The position numbers and the translations under genes are program-made. From assembly GCF_000143415.4 (NCBI RefSeq), contig NW_003314305.1, positions 88,391 through 152,390 on the forward strand: a DNA stretch of 64,000 nucleotides. Direction: 5' to 3'. Under the pieces are notes generated by a model. The model was not told the origin of the DNA and did no database searches. It worked only from the letters and a program-made list of their open reading frames with translations. Within the stretch, counting starts at the first letter, position 1; every line of letters begins with the position of its first letter. This stretch comes from Selaginella moellendorffii. Its lineage: Eukaryota; Plantae; Lycopodiophyta. Of the stretch, positions 35,301-46,901 are shown piece after piece.

Positions 35301-37589
35301 TACGAGATTCTGTATCTAGTCTTCTAAGCGTAACAATACTCTTTTTTGCGTGCTCGAACAGGTACAGGGGCCACTCAGATCACTGTGTTACAAAAATGGA
35401 AAACTGAGATCACTACGTGATGTGTACGTATTCTAGTATAGCGTCATTCCCTTTTGTCTTCTCTAACTTTCTTCGTGTGGAGCCAACGTCAAAACCATAT
35501 GTAGTGGATCATCAAAAACCCACTAGTGGTCGAGAAAAGGAGGAAGAGGAGGAGGAGGAGGAAAGAGGATGGTCAATCCCTTCCGCTTTTCTTTGTCACG
35601 AACTCGATTTCTCTCGACCACTGCGAAGCATTATCACAAGATATGCTTGAGAGGGCGAGGCCGCTGTGTTGGTTTGTGGAGGCTGATGTTAACAAGTCGT
35701 GGGCCTGGCTCGCTATACTTCTTCTGGCTTTGCAAAGGTGGGGCACAGAGGAATTCCGAGGAAACGTATATATTAACGCTGTACGCTTGTAGGTGGCTCG
35801 AGGGACAACGCTTTCCAAGCACAGCACAGTCGGTTTGGCTTGCTTTCGGAGGTGGCGCTTTGTCGTGTTGGGATCAAACTATAGCAACCGCCACCCGCCC
35901 TTGGCCCGATGGAACAACCTTTTGTTTCTCTCACAAGAATCTCCACCCAACGAGATCAACGAGATCACGCAGCAGCTCATTTCCATCCCGGGGCCTCAAT
36001 CAATCAGTCAGCTCGCGAGTGCTCGCTCGACGAGAGGAGCGAGAGACAAGTGTACACTAAGCGTGCTTTGCTCGCTCATCGCTCCTTTCAGAGGTACGGC
36101 TGCCTTTCCGTATGACAAAGCTTTTGATTCCTCCCATCTTGTTTATGCCTCTAGTTGGTGGATATGCTACCACACAAAAGCTCTCCCTCTCGAGAGCTCG
36201 GCTCGGCTCAGCTCAGCGCAAAGTGTGAGAGTTAGTGGCGGAGTGAGTTAGTCCACTTGAAAGGGATGGCTACTTCTTCTTTGGGAATCAACTAACCCAA
36301 GCTTTTGATTTTCGCTTTGGGTGACGTTGCAGGTCTGAAATATTCTTTGATTTTATATTGCTGCGCTGGGCCAAGTTGGAATCGTATCCGTCCGGTCAGT
36401 TTTTTTCACCAAAAACTCACACAGATACAATGCTTTAAACTGGTGAACAGGCAAAGAAACGTGAAGCACATCACAGGCAGCAGTGGCAACTTTTGTTTGA
36501 GGATCCAGTCAAGGAAGAGGAAATGCTCGCTCCTCTTTGGTTTTGTTCTTGGATCCCAGGAGCAATCATGGAGCACATAGATCGTCAAAGAAAAGATTAT
36601 ACACTGGTGGTGGGGGGAGGGGACCCCGGATTAGCTAAAGTTTAAACAAGTCGCAAACCAAATCAGCTGGGAATCTTCTTAGGCAGATCTTATTCGCTAC
36701 AAGAAATTCAACATCGCACCAGTCACTTAGAGGGTGGTGAAAGCCAAGCTTTTCTTCCTCGTAGCTAAAAAATCTTGGTAAAGCTTAATTTCATTGCATC
36801 TAATTAACCCAACTTTGTTGATAATAAGGTGGTATATACGTCTAGAAAAAAATTAAAATAAAGTCCTCTTTCACGAATCCAACCGGCCTAGCTACGAGCA
36901 CGACCAAACCAAAGTTACACCTATCCAGAAAAAATTCCCCCCAAATTCTCCATGTAATGTGCACAACAAGAGCAAGACTACAACCTTTGCGGGGCCACTA
37001 AACCACAGATATATCTTTGATTAAATTCATAGCCATGGGTAAAACCGTGAGATATTAAATCGCTCGGCCAATTATTTGAGTCCATAATGCGCACGCGTGA
37101 CTGGCCCACGTCAGCACGCCCCCCATGTCATACTGTAAAATCTAGGCACATCTCCCGCCGTTGGATCCCGACGCATCGGGGCCGTTGGTTTATCGGAGAT
37201 GCCGCGACCGTCTCTGGAGCTCTTTTTAAACACCTTTGCTTCATCAAACCTTTTCTCTTCCTCTCGCCCAGACCGATTTCCATGGCTTGTCGCCCCGAAT
37301 TTCCCATTCCATGCCGAGCGCTGTGTGAATGAATTGGAGTGCGAGCCACTGATAAGTGTGATTGCTTCGTTCCCGGGCCGCTTTCGCTGTAAACAAATCG
37401 TAAGGAATTTCTTGCACCGCAAGACTTGCATTTCGTGCTCTTGATTCGCACGGCGATGCTCCATTGCGCAATGCATCTGGGCCGTGACAATTGGTGAGTA
37501 GTGACGGCATTGTATCTCGGCCCAGCCCTCTTGCGGGCTCGAGCAATTCTTACCGGAATTCGACACTACAGAGCCTGGAGAGGAAGAGA

Positions 37590-38944
37590 ATGGTAAATTC
37601 TTCTTCTTTGCATGATTGATCGGTTCAATTGCAGTTGGTGTGTGCTTGGAGTGTGACCATGCATCCTGATTGCGATGAATTCTATGAATTTCAACTCTGT
37701 GGAGCCAATGCCTGGAGGGAATTGATCGAATTTCTTGCCCAATTTCCAGGTGGCCCAGCACAAGAGCTATCCAATTTGCCCCCCTTGGCTCAAGCCCCTC
37801 ATCTCCGCCAAGTTCTTCGAGCCCTGCAACAATCACAGCTCCCCCACCTCGTCCCCGGCCGCTGGCGAGGCCGCCGCGTCCACCAGCGCCGCTCGAATCG
37901 AATGCAACCTCTACTGCCTGGATTGCATGGACGAGCCACTCTGTTTTGGCTGTACATTCTGCCACAAGAATCACCACGTCGTGCAGGTACGCAAAAGCGA
38001 TGAAAAGAAACTTCTGTGGTTGTTCGGGTGTCCGAGACGAAAGTGATCGGCTACCCGAGGTGGGCAATTGCCCGATATGGATATGGTGGACATTGATCGA
38101 GAGAGTTCAAGGGAAGCCTTGTATATAATGCCTGACAGTGGGTTTCTTTCTATGTACAGATTCGTCGATCGTCCTACCACGACGTGATTCGCGTGTCAGA
38201 GATCCAAAAGGTGCTCGACTTGAGCGGCATTCAATCCTACATCATCAACAGCGCCCGGGTGGTGTTCCTCAACGGCAGGCCCCAGACCAAGCTCGCCAAG
38301 GGCGTCACCAAGACTTGCGAGATTTGCGAGAGGAGCCTCAACGAGAGCTTCCGCTACTGCTCGCTGGGATGCAAGGTAGGCAGCCCAACACCAAATTCTT
38401 TCCAAAACTCTTCTTCTTCTTCGATCTCACTGTGCAGCTCCAAGGCATCAGCAAGCACAACGATCTCACTTTCATGGTCCAGCCAAAGCCCCAAGTCGGC
38501 AATGGCAACCACCGGGTCTACCCGGAAGACGGCGTGTCTCACAAGAGATCTAGATCCAGGAAGAAGCTCAAGCTGGACACGCAGCAAATCCAATCCCAGC
38601 AGCACCAGGAACTGCTAGCCACGCCCACGCCCGGCGATCAGGAGAAGATCGCTACGCCAAACAATGCGCCCAGCGCTCCAGCTGATCTGCCAGTAGAGGA
38701 GGCGACCGATCGAGGAGAGAAAACGGAAAACGTTATGGAGGAAAAGGAGTCCGAGGAAGAAGAGCATGGAGATGGAGAAGTGTTCCAACAGCGGTTGGGC
38801 CTGGTGGGGATCTGCCCGTCCACACCGCCTCAGGTGGTGACGTGGACGGAGGGGATTTTCCCTGGCCGGCAACGAGCGAGGAAAGGGACTCCACACAGGT
38901 CACACTTGGGCAGTGGTTTGACTTTGGGTGAAGCTAGAGGGTAA
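37590..38944 (+). CDS. PLATZ transcription factor
   Basis: [75 protein letters not shown]; first coding exon appears to be ATG only. Confidence 0.92.
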
Positions 38945-39315
38945 AAACACAGTTACCAAGTCCTAGGCTGGTAACAAAGAAAAGGTAAGAAGAAAGCTAA
39001 GGTTTCCAGGAAGAAGGGAAGGATCTCTCCATGCTTTAAAAGAGACAACTACAAGCAGCCAACACCAAGCAAAAAAAGTGAGGTAAAGTCGTAAAAATCA
39101 CACAGAAGTGTGAGAATAAAATTGGGGCATGGGAAGATCAAAGCTCCACAAGCAGATATTGGTTAGATTTCTTAGAAAACTCTTTAGACGATCAGCTTGT
39201 GCTGCTGCTATAAAAATGGTGGCCATTGCATTGCTCTAAAGACTAGTAAATATTAATAAAATCAATTATATTATAATTGAGTTGTATTATTCTATTGTTC
39301 GCGAAGGACAGAATT

Positions 39316-40134
39316 TTAATCCGAGGCGCCCTGCGCATCCGACCAAGTAATGTCCATCCAGCCAAACTTATCGCTATTTTTCGAGACCCCCAGCGCGCGC
39401 CAAACTGCGGGCGATCCATCCACCAGATTGGGCTGGCATGGCGGATAGAATCCATGCTCGGCGTCGCAGCCACGAAGAGAGTCACACTCGTCCACCACTC
39501 TCGCCCGGACGCTCTTGCCGTTGGGCGCATGGATGATCACAAATCGCCCACAACGCTTCCCCTTGGCAAACCATCCGGTGGAGAGCGCCACCACCAAGTC
39601 TTTGTTGGAGTGGAACTTGGAATCACACTCGGAGGCGCCGCCGCCGTCCCCTCCCGGCTGGAAATCGTTCACGGTGAGAATCGCCTTCGTGAACTTTGTC
39701 ACCGGAGGCGAGCACTTGAACTGCGGGTAGGACTTCCCGACCTGGCAGCAATCCTTGCATCCCTTGGAGTTCTTTGGAGCATGGAGGAATCCCGAGGCTC
39801 GGCACTGCCCTTGGCCAGGAGCTGGCTCGAGTGGCGGCGGCGGGGCTTCGATCTCCGGGGGAGAAGAAGGAGGATCTGATGGATTCTTGGGCTGCTTCTT
39901 CTTCTTGTTCTTGTTCTTGTTGCAGATGTTGGTCTCCTTGTCTGGATCATCCTTGCATTCACCTTGTAAGCACACGAGCCCCTTCTTGCAGCTGGCCGTG
40001 GATTTGCATTTCTTCCCACATCCTCTTCGACCGTGGCCGTGCTTGTGATTGGATTCGGCCAAATGCAAGAGCTGCAAGAGGAAGACTGAGAATAGCACGA
40101 CGAGAAGGAGCAGCCTCCTCCGTGCCATCGACAT
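39316..40134 (-). CDS. kiwellin / ripening-related protein with N-terminal kissper-like domain
   Basis: Signal peptide; Cys-rich CGKKCKSTASCKKGLVCLQGECKDDPD..C; Pro linker; DPBB core GGDGGGASECD, VVALSTGW, VVDECDS.RGCD. Confidence 0.92.
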   Translation of the reverse strand: MSMARRRLLLLVVLFSVFLLQLLHLAESNHKHGHGRRGCGKKCKSTASCKKGLVCLQGECKDDPDKETNICNKNKNKKKKQPKNPSDPPSSPPEIEAPPPPLEPAPGQGQCRASGFLHAPKNSKGCKDCCQVGKSYPQFKCSPPVTKFTKAILTVNDFQPGGDGGGASECDSKFHSNKDLVVALSTGWFAKGKRCGRFVIIHAPNGKSVRARVVDECDSLRGCDAEHGFYPPCQPNLVDGSPAVWRALGVSKNSDKFGWMDITWSDAQGASD

Positions 40135-40353
40135 GATTCAGAGATGCCGCGGAGGTGGCGATATATACTGCCCTCTTGCTTGTAGTTTTGTGGCTTTGTT
40201 TTGCAGCTTTAGGCAAGAGCTTTGGCGATTCCGGTCGGCTTTGGCCTGTTCTTCACAGCGTCGCGATTCGCAATTTATACCCAATAGAATTCATAGCTTT
40301 GCTGGCGCGCCAATGGGCGCCGTTGGATTGGATCTAGGTCTGGTTTATGGTGG

Positions 40354-42348
40354 ATGTCCACCGCGATCTCGGTGGAGCAGCAAGATGTGTATGCGTCGCG
40401 GCTCAAGCGATGCGGCGAGACCAGAGATCTCGTCGAGGGCCGCCGGATCCACGCCCATGTTATCGACAACGGCCACTTCTCGGACCGCTACGTCTCCAAT
40501 CTGGTGGTGGACATGTACGGAAAATGCGGCAGCGTGGAGGAGGCACGCCGCGCCTTTGATTCCATCGCGGCGCCGAATCTCTTCTCTTGGAACATCCTCA
40601 TTGCCGCATATGCCCAGAACGGGCATTTGGGCGAAGCGCGGCGGCTCTTTGATTTCATGCCCGAGAAGAACGCCGTGTCCTGGAATGCAATGATCACTGC
40701 GTATGCGCGGAATGGTCAAGCTAGCGACGCCAAAGTGATCTTCGACGCTATGCCAAGACCCACTGCTGTCTCTTGGAATGCCATGATCGCAGCATATGCC
40801 AAGAACGGGCATCTGGAGGATGCTCGGACATTGTTTGAGGCGATGCCATGCCCGAACCTTGTGACTTGGAACACAATGCTCGCCGCTTACTGTGAAGCCG
40901 GGGATATGGATCAAGCTCACGTAATGTTCAAGAGCATGCCCACGCCGGACGTAGTTTCGTGGACTACCATTCTCTCCGCATATGCCTCGAGGGGTGATCT
41001 TGGTGAGACAAAGGCCGTGTTTGCAAGTATGCCGCGGAAGAACGTTGTTTCGTGGACAGCGATGCTGAAAGCATACATACAAGCTGGTGAGATTGATAAT
41101 GCGAGACTACATTTCGAGATAATGCCCGATAGAAACATCGTGTCGTGGAATGCAATGGTTGCAGCATATGCCCAACATGGAAACTTGAGAGAAGCGAGAG
41201 CACTGTTTGATAGCATGGCGAAAAAGGATTCCGCGACCTGGACGACGATGGTGGTCGCGTACGCGAGCGCAGGCCAGCTGAAAGAGGCAATGGATCTCTT
41301 CAATCAGATGCAACAGCGAGATGTAGTATCTTGGACTGCAATGCTCACGGCCTATGCCCAAGACGGACAGCTGAACAAAGGGAGGGAATTGTTCGATAGT
41401 ATGCCTCACAGGAACGTCGTGTCGTGGAACGCGATGATCGCCGGCTACGCTCAAAACGGGAACCTGACAGAAGCAAGGGTCCTGTTCGATCGAATGCCGG
41501 TAAAGAGTACCGCTTCGTGGAACGCTGTGGTAACCGCGTATGCCCAGGCCGGAGACATGGAGGAAGCCCGAGCTCTGTTCGAGAGAATGCCTTCCAGGAA
41601 CACTGTGTCGTGGAACACGGTCATCACTGGCTACTCGCAGCAAGAACAGCAAGAGAAAGAGGCGGTGAGGCTGTTCCTCAGGATGGACCTGGAAGGCGCT
41701 CGTCCCGACGAGATAACTTTCGCGTGCGTGATCGACGCGTGCGCGAGCTCCTCGTCGCTACGAGAGGGCCGGCATTTGCACGAGGAGGTGTCGAGCAGCA
41801 GCGATGTGGCGAGAGACCCCGTGGTGTGGAACTCGCTCATCAACATGTATGGATCTTGCGGGAGCCTGGGAGAAGCTCAAGCGCTCTTCGACGCCATGGC
41901 CAACAAGAACGTCGTGTCGTGGAACGCAATGCTTGCGGCGTACGCGGGCGCCGGGGACGAGCTCCAGGCGCTGGAGCTGTTCGGGAAGATGGATCACGAA
42001 GGCTTCCGTCCCGACGCAGTGACTTTCATCGTCGTTCTCGCAGCTTGCAGCCACGGTGGGATCTTCCAAACAGGACTTTTGCTCTTCGTCTCCATCGCGG
42101 GGGACTACTTCGCGACTCCAACCGCGGATCACTTCCTGTGCGTGATCGATCTGCTGGGACGAGCCGGGCTGGTGGACGAGGCGGAGGAGGTGGTGAAAAC
42201 GATGCCATTCGAGCCATGCGTGGTTGCGTGGGTGTCGCTCCTCAGCGCTTGCAAAGTCCATAACGATGTGGAGCGCGCGAGAAAGGTAGCGAGCATTGCC
42301 GTGGAAAGCGAGCACGCTGGTCTTCTTGTTCTTCTGGCCAACATGTAA
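40354..42348 (+). CDS. PLS-class PPR protein (E-type, no DYW)
   Basis: GRRIHAHV, DMYGKCGS, many short SWNAM repeats, ACSHGG, DLLGRAG, MPFEP..W.SLLSACKVH. Confidence 0.93.
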   Translation: MSTAISVEQQDVYASRLKRCGETRDLVEGRRIHAHVIDNGHFSDRYVSNLVVDMYGKCGSVEEARRAFDSIAAPNLFSWNILIAAYAQNGHLGEARRLFDFMPEKNAVSWNAMITAYARNGQASDAKVIFDAMPRPTAVSWNAMIAAYAKNGHLEDARTLFEAMPCPNLVTWNTMLAAYCEAGDMDQAHVMFKSMPTPDVVSWTTILSAYASRGDLGETKAVFASMPRKNVVSWTAMLKAYIQAGEIDNARLHFEIMPDRNIVSWNAMVAAYAQHGNLREARALFDSMAKKDSATWTTMVVAYASAGQLKEAMDLFNQMQQRDVVSWTAMLTAYAQDGQLNKGRELFDSMPHRNVVSWNAMIAGYAQNGNLTEARVLFDRMPVKSTASWNAVVTAYAQAGDMEEARALFERMPSRNTVSWNTVITGYSQQEQQEKEAVRLFLRMDLEGARPDEITFACVIDACASSSSLREGRHLHEEVSSSSDVARDPVVWNSLINMYGSCGSLGEAQALFDAMANKNVVSWNAMLAAYAGAGDELQALELFGKMDHEGFRPDAVTFIVVLAACSHGGIFQTGLLLFVSIAGDYFATPTADHFLCVIDLLGRAGLVDEAEEVVKTMPFEPCVVAWVSLLSACKVHNDVERARKVASIAVESEHAGLLVLLANM

Positions 42349-42980
42349 ATAGACTGAACGAGAGAGAAGAGCCTCGAGCTTGTGAAACAAAAGAAAAAAA
42401 ATTCATTCTCGTCCTTGATTTTTCTAATCGCAAGAGCCAGTCAATCAATCATGTAAATCTGCGCATGTCCACATCCACACGACACGACATTATTGATGCC
42501 TCCATTCCAGACACACTGATTGACAACGCTGGAGAGAGAGCGAGCAAAAGCCCCTGTAGTGCGTGATCCGTGAGTGATAGATACCGAAACTTTCATAGCT
42601 GGATCAAATAATAGAGTGTTGCTATAGCTAGATTCGATCTTGATGTAGTACGATACGACTGTAGAAAGAAAAGTTCATCATCCACCAAAGTCTACTGATT
42701 GATTGATCCCAAGTCCCAAAAACAGGAGCTATACATATACAAATCCACTCTCTTTAAGTTTTTCTCTTTTCTTGTGCCTCTCTAGCTCGCAGAGATCGAT
42801 CGAGAGAGACGATCCTTGCGGTGAGCTGAGCTGAGCTTCACCACCTAAATGATTCCACCACCACCACCTAGAAAGAAAGAGAGCAGTACTAGAGTTCTAC
42901 CTGTTTTCGTCGATATCAAACGAGCGAAGGAAATCACTCCAAACCTGTGGGACTGTGCGCCAGAGCGACGCCCAATCCTC

Positions 42981-43632
42981 CTACTTGTGCTGCGCAGTAC
43001 CATAGGCCGCAGCGCCGGCTCGTTCCTTGCTCTTCTCGGCGGCGGCGGCGGCGGCGGCCTCCGCTTCCTTGCGCTTGGCGGCATTGAAGATGTCCTTGGT
43101 CTTCATCTCCTTCTCCAGCGATGGGGTGTGCACGAAGCCCTCTCTCGACGATGGCTCCTTGTCCGAGGAGCTTGGAGTGCTGCCCGCCGCTTGCTGGGCG
43201 CTAGACGCGGCGCACGGCTTGAAGAACCTCATCTAAGAAAAAGAAGATCGGGTTTAGAGAGGCAAGAAAGGAAGAACAAGAGAGATCTAGGAGAATTGAC
43301 CAGGCAAACACGCTTTGGTGGGAGGCCATGCAATGCAAGGGGGTCGTACCCATCCAAGGTCACTCAACCACAATGCGCCATAGCGAAATCTGGAGCACAT
43401 CTGCATATAGAGGGGGCAAAACGGACAGTCTGATTTCTCCGGGCAAACAAATCCAGCCCCGGCATGCAGCGATTCCAGGCATAATCCCCCCAATTTGCTA
43501 GCAGAGAAGCACAAGATCGAGAGAGAGAGAGAGCCCGAGAGGAGGGATTGGATTACTCACAAATGTTGCCGATGCCGCTACAGTGGCCGGCACAGCGGCG
43601 CTGTTGCCCCGATTGATCGCCCGACGCATCAT
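42981..43632 (-). CDS. small (~107 aa) hydrophilic Ala-rich protein, 2 exons, presequence-like N-terminus
   Basis: MMRRAINRGNSAAVPATVAASATF|gt..ag|MRFFKPCAAS.. splices in phase 0; TATAAAAG and a G-box upstream. Confidence 0.55.
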
Positions 43633-43794
43633 CTCTGGGAATCCAAAAATCCGCCCCACAATGCCGCCCAAGAACCCTAATTTTCTGATCCACTGCGCTC
43701 TTCTTTTATAAGGGCCCAAGGATAAAAAATTTAGGAATGCTCTTTGCTTGACACGTGGATTGGCGGGAAAGTCTAAATAAAATGCGATAAAAAT

Positions 43795-43866
43795 TGCCTC
43801 CGCAGAGGATCGAACTCTGGACCTCCAGTTTACAAGACTGGCGCTCTACCACTGAGCTACAAAGGC
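43795..43866 (-). tRNA. tRNA-Thr(TGT)
   Basis: GCCTTTGTAGCTCAGTGGTAGAGCG-CCAGT-CTTGTAA-ACTGG-AGGTC-CAGAG-TTCGATC-CTCTG-CGGAGGCA folds as a cloverleaf; a T-run terminator follows. Confidence 0.95.
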
Positions 43867-43960
43867 AAGGCATAGGGATGATTTCATCTTAAAGTTTATA
43901 TTCATATCAAACCTTTGGATATGATAAACCCCACACCCTAAACCTTATCAAACCCTAACC

Positions 43961-45973
43961 ATGGCAACGCCGCCATGGAAAGTCCGGCTACACCGTGATC
44001 TCAAGGATCTGGCCAAGGAGCCATTGAAGGGCATTGACGTTGTTGTGGACGAGCAAGACATGCAGCGGATGTGCTTGGTTTTGTCACCTCTTTGCGGCCC
44101 TTATCAGGGCTTGAAGCTCCACCTGGATGTCAAGATACCGGCAATGTATCCAACGGATCCCCCAAAGGTAACCATCCAGACACCGGTGCCTCACCCAAAC
44201 GTCATGGGGTCTAGGATCTGCTGCGATATTCTCGATCACCAGTTTTTCGGGGGTTATACTCCAGGCTACTTGCTCGGCTATGTCTTTCTTCAGCTCTTGA
44301 GCCTCTTCTCAAGCGACAATATTGAGCAGTCACATGGTGGCGGCAACGTGAATCTACAGTCTTACTCGAAGATGTGTTTAGGTCCCCGAGGCTTGAAACC
44401 GCGTGTAGAACGTTACCAGTGTCCAAAGTGTGGATTCAATGTGAGTTTCTCGGCAGTGGATACGGCAGTTATCAAGTGCAAGGAGATAGAAAAGAAGGAG
44501 GAGGACACAAACTTGTTTGGGGTTTTGGGGTTAGATGTTGATGGTGATGAGGATGTTTTGCCGTTGGAGGCTTTGGCGCGGCCAAAACGAAAGCAGCATG
44601 GAAAGCCAGCGTTAAAAAATGTCGTAGATATGATGTGTGAGAGGTTGAACGTTGATTGCCGCCTGGAGATCATTGACAAGCTCGATGACCGGGAGATTAT
44701 GTCCGTAAAAGCGTTTGACAAGAGTGTGGAGATATACACTCGACTTCTTGAAAGGCGGCTCAAGTGCTTCTTCTTGCGGAAAACTTTCAGAGAGAAAGAC
44801 GTCGTCTTGGGCATTGGAGTCAACCTCGACAGCTTGAACAAGTTAAAGCCGACAGTTGTGTCGCTGGACGTGCTCTCTCACGAGTCTTTCAGCGTTTATT
44901 CTCACAACAAGAGCCTTCTCGGAGTGAGCTTCCAGTATTTCCTTCCGCTCGCCTTAGATGATGAGCACTTCAAGCGTGCTAAGGGTTTAATGCAGAGCTC
45001 GCTTATGAACCTGGTGCATGTCAAAACATGGAGCCCTCAAGTCGTGCTTGAAACTCTTCCAGTGATGATGAACTTGATGGTGCTCAGGCTTGTGCAGTCT
45101 TGTGATCGGCACAAGGCAGCTTTCTTGAAGAGTAGTGGATTCAGCCACCAGCTTATGAAGGCATCAGAGTTTGCCCTGGAGGGATATTGCCTTCTCTATC
45201 ACTTGTTTTCTAAGCTGGTGAGGGACGACCAAGAGTTGGCAAACCTTATACAACACAAAGTTCAAGATTTCATTGACAACATAGAACTCCGGGGAAAGAA
45301 TGCAGTCCCAGACCTTGGGGAGTTCCTCACTTACTTGCTAGTTACTAAGGATGTTGAATGGCAACCCAAAGACAAAGAAAAGCCACAGGTCTCCAAGATG
45401 TTTCTGGGCGAATCCCTTACCAGAAGGGTGCTATGGTGCCTGAAAGACTTCCCACATCTGGCGTACATTGAGCCGGAGAACTATCCCTCTGAGCTGCGAA
45501 TCAGGCAAACATTCCAAGCTTGCAAGACATCCATGAGACTGATCCTGTTCCAGGTCAACTTTTTCAAGATGACAAGGTCAACGGAGGAGTTTGACCAGAG
45601 ATATGGGTTTCCATCCGAAGCCATGACCAAGAAGCTGATGCAATTGATGAAAGAGGTGTACAAGGCAAGGGATTGGGACGTTTACTTTAGGATTTTTGGG
45701 CTCGAATTTGACAGCGGCTGGAAGTGGCAATTGGTGAGATTGCTCAAGAAATCTATTGAATCCAGTGAGAAACGAGGGTACCACGTCCTAAGGTATACCC
45801 AAAGTGAGCTCTATGAGTTAAGAAAAGCTGTGGAACCGGCTTGTCCTCCTCCACAAGGATGGGTCGACAACTGTGGCAAATATCCAGTTCCACAAAAGAG
45901 TTTCTTTCCAGGAGATGAAACTCTCAGGCCACTAAAGAAAGGTAAATCCAAGAACATCCATCCATCTCAATAA
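43961..45973 (+). CDS. ubiquitin-conjugating (E2/UBC) domain plus long uncharacterised C-terminus, intronless
   Basis: RLHRDLKDL, GPYQG, IPAMYPTDPPKV, HPNVMGSRICCDIL (catalytic Cys region), GYTPGY; ~520 further residues. Confidence 0.88.
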   Translation: MATPPWKVRLHRDLKDLAKEPLKGIDVVVDEQDMQRMCLVLSPLCGPYQGLKLHLDVKIPAMYPTDPPKVTIQTPVPHPNVMGSRICCDILDHQFFGGYTPGYLLGYVFLQLLSLFSSDNIEQSHGGGNVNLQSYSKMCLGPRGLKPRVERYQCPKCGFNVSFSAVDTAVIKCKEIEKKEEDTNLFGVLGLDVDGDEDVLPLEALARPKRKQHGKPALKNVVDMMCERLNVDCRLEIIDKLDDREIMSVKAFDKSVEIYTRLLERRLKCFFLRKTFREKDVVLGIGVNLDSLNKLKPTVVSLDVLSHESFSVYSHNKSLLGVSFQYFLPLALDDEHFKRAKGLMQSSLMNLVHVKTWSPQVVLETLPVMMNLMVLRLVQSCDRHKAAFLKSSGFSHQLMKASEFALEGYCLLYHLFSKLVRDDQELANLIQHKVQDFIDNIELRGKNAVPDLGEFLTYLLVTKDVEWQPKDKEKPQVSKMFLGESLTRRVLWCLKDFPHLAYIEPENYPSELRIRQTFQACKTSMRLILFQVNFFKMTRSTEEFDQRYGFPSEAMTKKLMQLMKEVYKARDWDVYFRIFGLEFDSGWKWQLVRLLKKSIESSEKRGYHVLRYTQSELYELRKAVEPACPPPQGWVDNCGKYPVPQKSFFPGDETLRPLKKGKSKNIHPSQ

Positions 45974-46186
45974 AAGTCAAATCATGTCAATGGTAAAGAT
46001 TCTGTTGGCCGTAGAATGTCGCAAACTTTGTCATTTTCGCTTGCCTAGGCACTAAGAATACTCACCAGATCCTAATGTCTCAATAACTATGTCATTTTCG
46101 CTTGCCTAGGTGCTGACACCTCAAGACTTTTAGTCTATGGGTCAAGGGAATATATACACATAAGTAGGGAATACCAGTCGGTCATC

Positions 46187-46660
46187 TATTGAGCAGTCTC
46201 GCGCACTCTGCTTTAAGAGACGTATGGGAATCATGGAAGTCAGAAAAATGTAGGTTGAACGTTAATTGGCGCCTGGAGATCAATGATAAGGGAGATTATG
46301 TCCGTGAAAGCATTTGACAAGAGTGTGGAGCGGTATACACTCGACGATCAAGTGCTTCTTCTTGCGGAAAATTTTCAGAGAGAAGGACGTTAACGTTTTG
46401 AGCATTGGAGTCTCGAGATCTCGAACAAAGTTAAAGGTGCTATGTGTCGCCGAACTTGCGCGTTTATTCTCACAATAAGGAGGTATACTAATCCTTCTGC
46501 TCGCCTTTGATGTTGAGCATTCCAGATATCATGAAATTCCAGGTCAACTTTTTCATGAGAGATATGCCCATGTACAAGGCAAGGGATTAGGATGTTTAAG
46601 CTCTTGTGGAACCGGCTTGTCCTCCTCCAAAAGGATGGGTTGACACCAGTGGCAAAACTT
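46187..46660 (+). pseudogene. deleted ghost copy of the UBC gene
   Basis: Ordered blocks matching 44643-44802, ~44950, ~45550, ~45660 and 45829-45880. Confidence 0.88.
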
Positions 46661-46901
46661 TGGCCAATTTGCAAAGACGCGATTAACAATTTTCAAAATT
46701 GATAACGGTCAAACATCTCAACTATGACGTTTGTACTGGCTGCACTTTGGATTTGGTTCCTGGAACCAGAACCAATCATCTTAATGAGCTACATCTTGAA
46801 TATATTTCATTCTTCCGCTCTGTTTAGCTATCGAGCACCAAAATAGCAACTTCAGGAAATATCCTGCAGGGATCCGCTATAAACCCTAGCCAGGGGAGGA
46901 G

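Noticed and set aside
34327-36251. Short overlapping ORFs (34327-34639 and 35417-36251) as genes
   Set aside because: No recognisable motifs or consistent exon chain; could be relics, but BLASTX would be needed.
40580-41640. Regular ~93-bp periodicity resembling a repeat-spacer array
   Set aside because: Explained by 31-aa PPR repeats in one reading frame; not CRISPR.
43233-43560. Unusually long intron as a snoRNA host
   Set aside because: No convincing C/D or H/ACA box arrangement found by eye.
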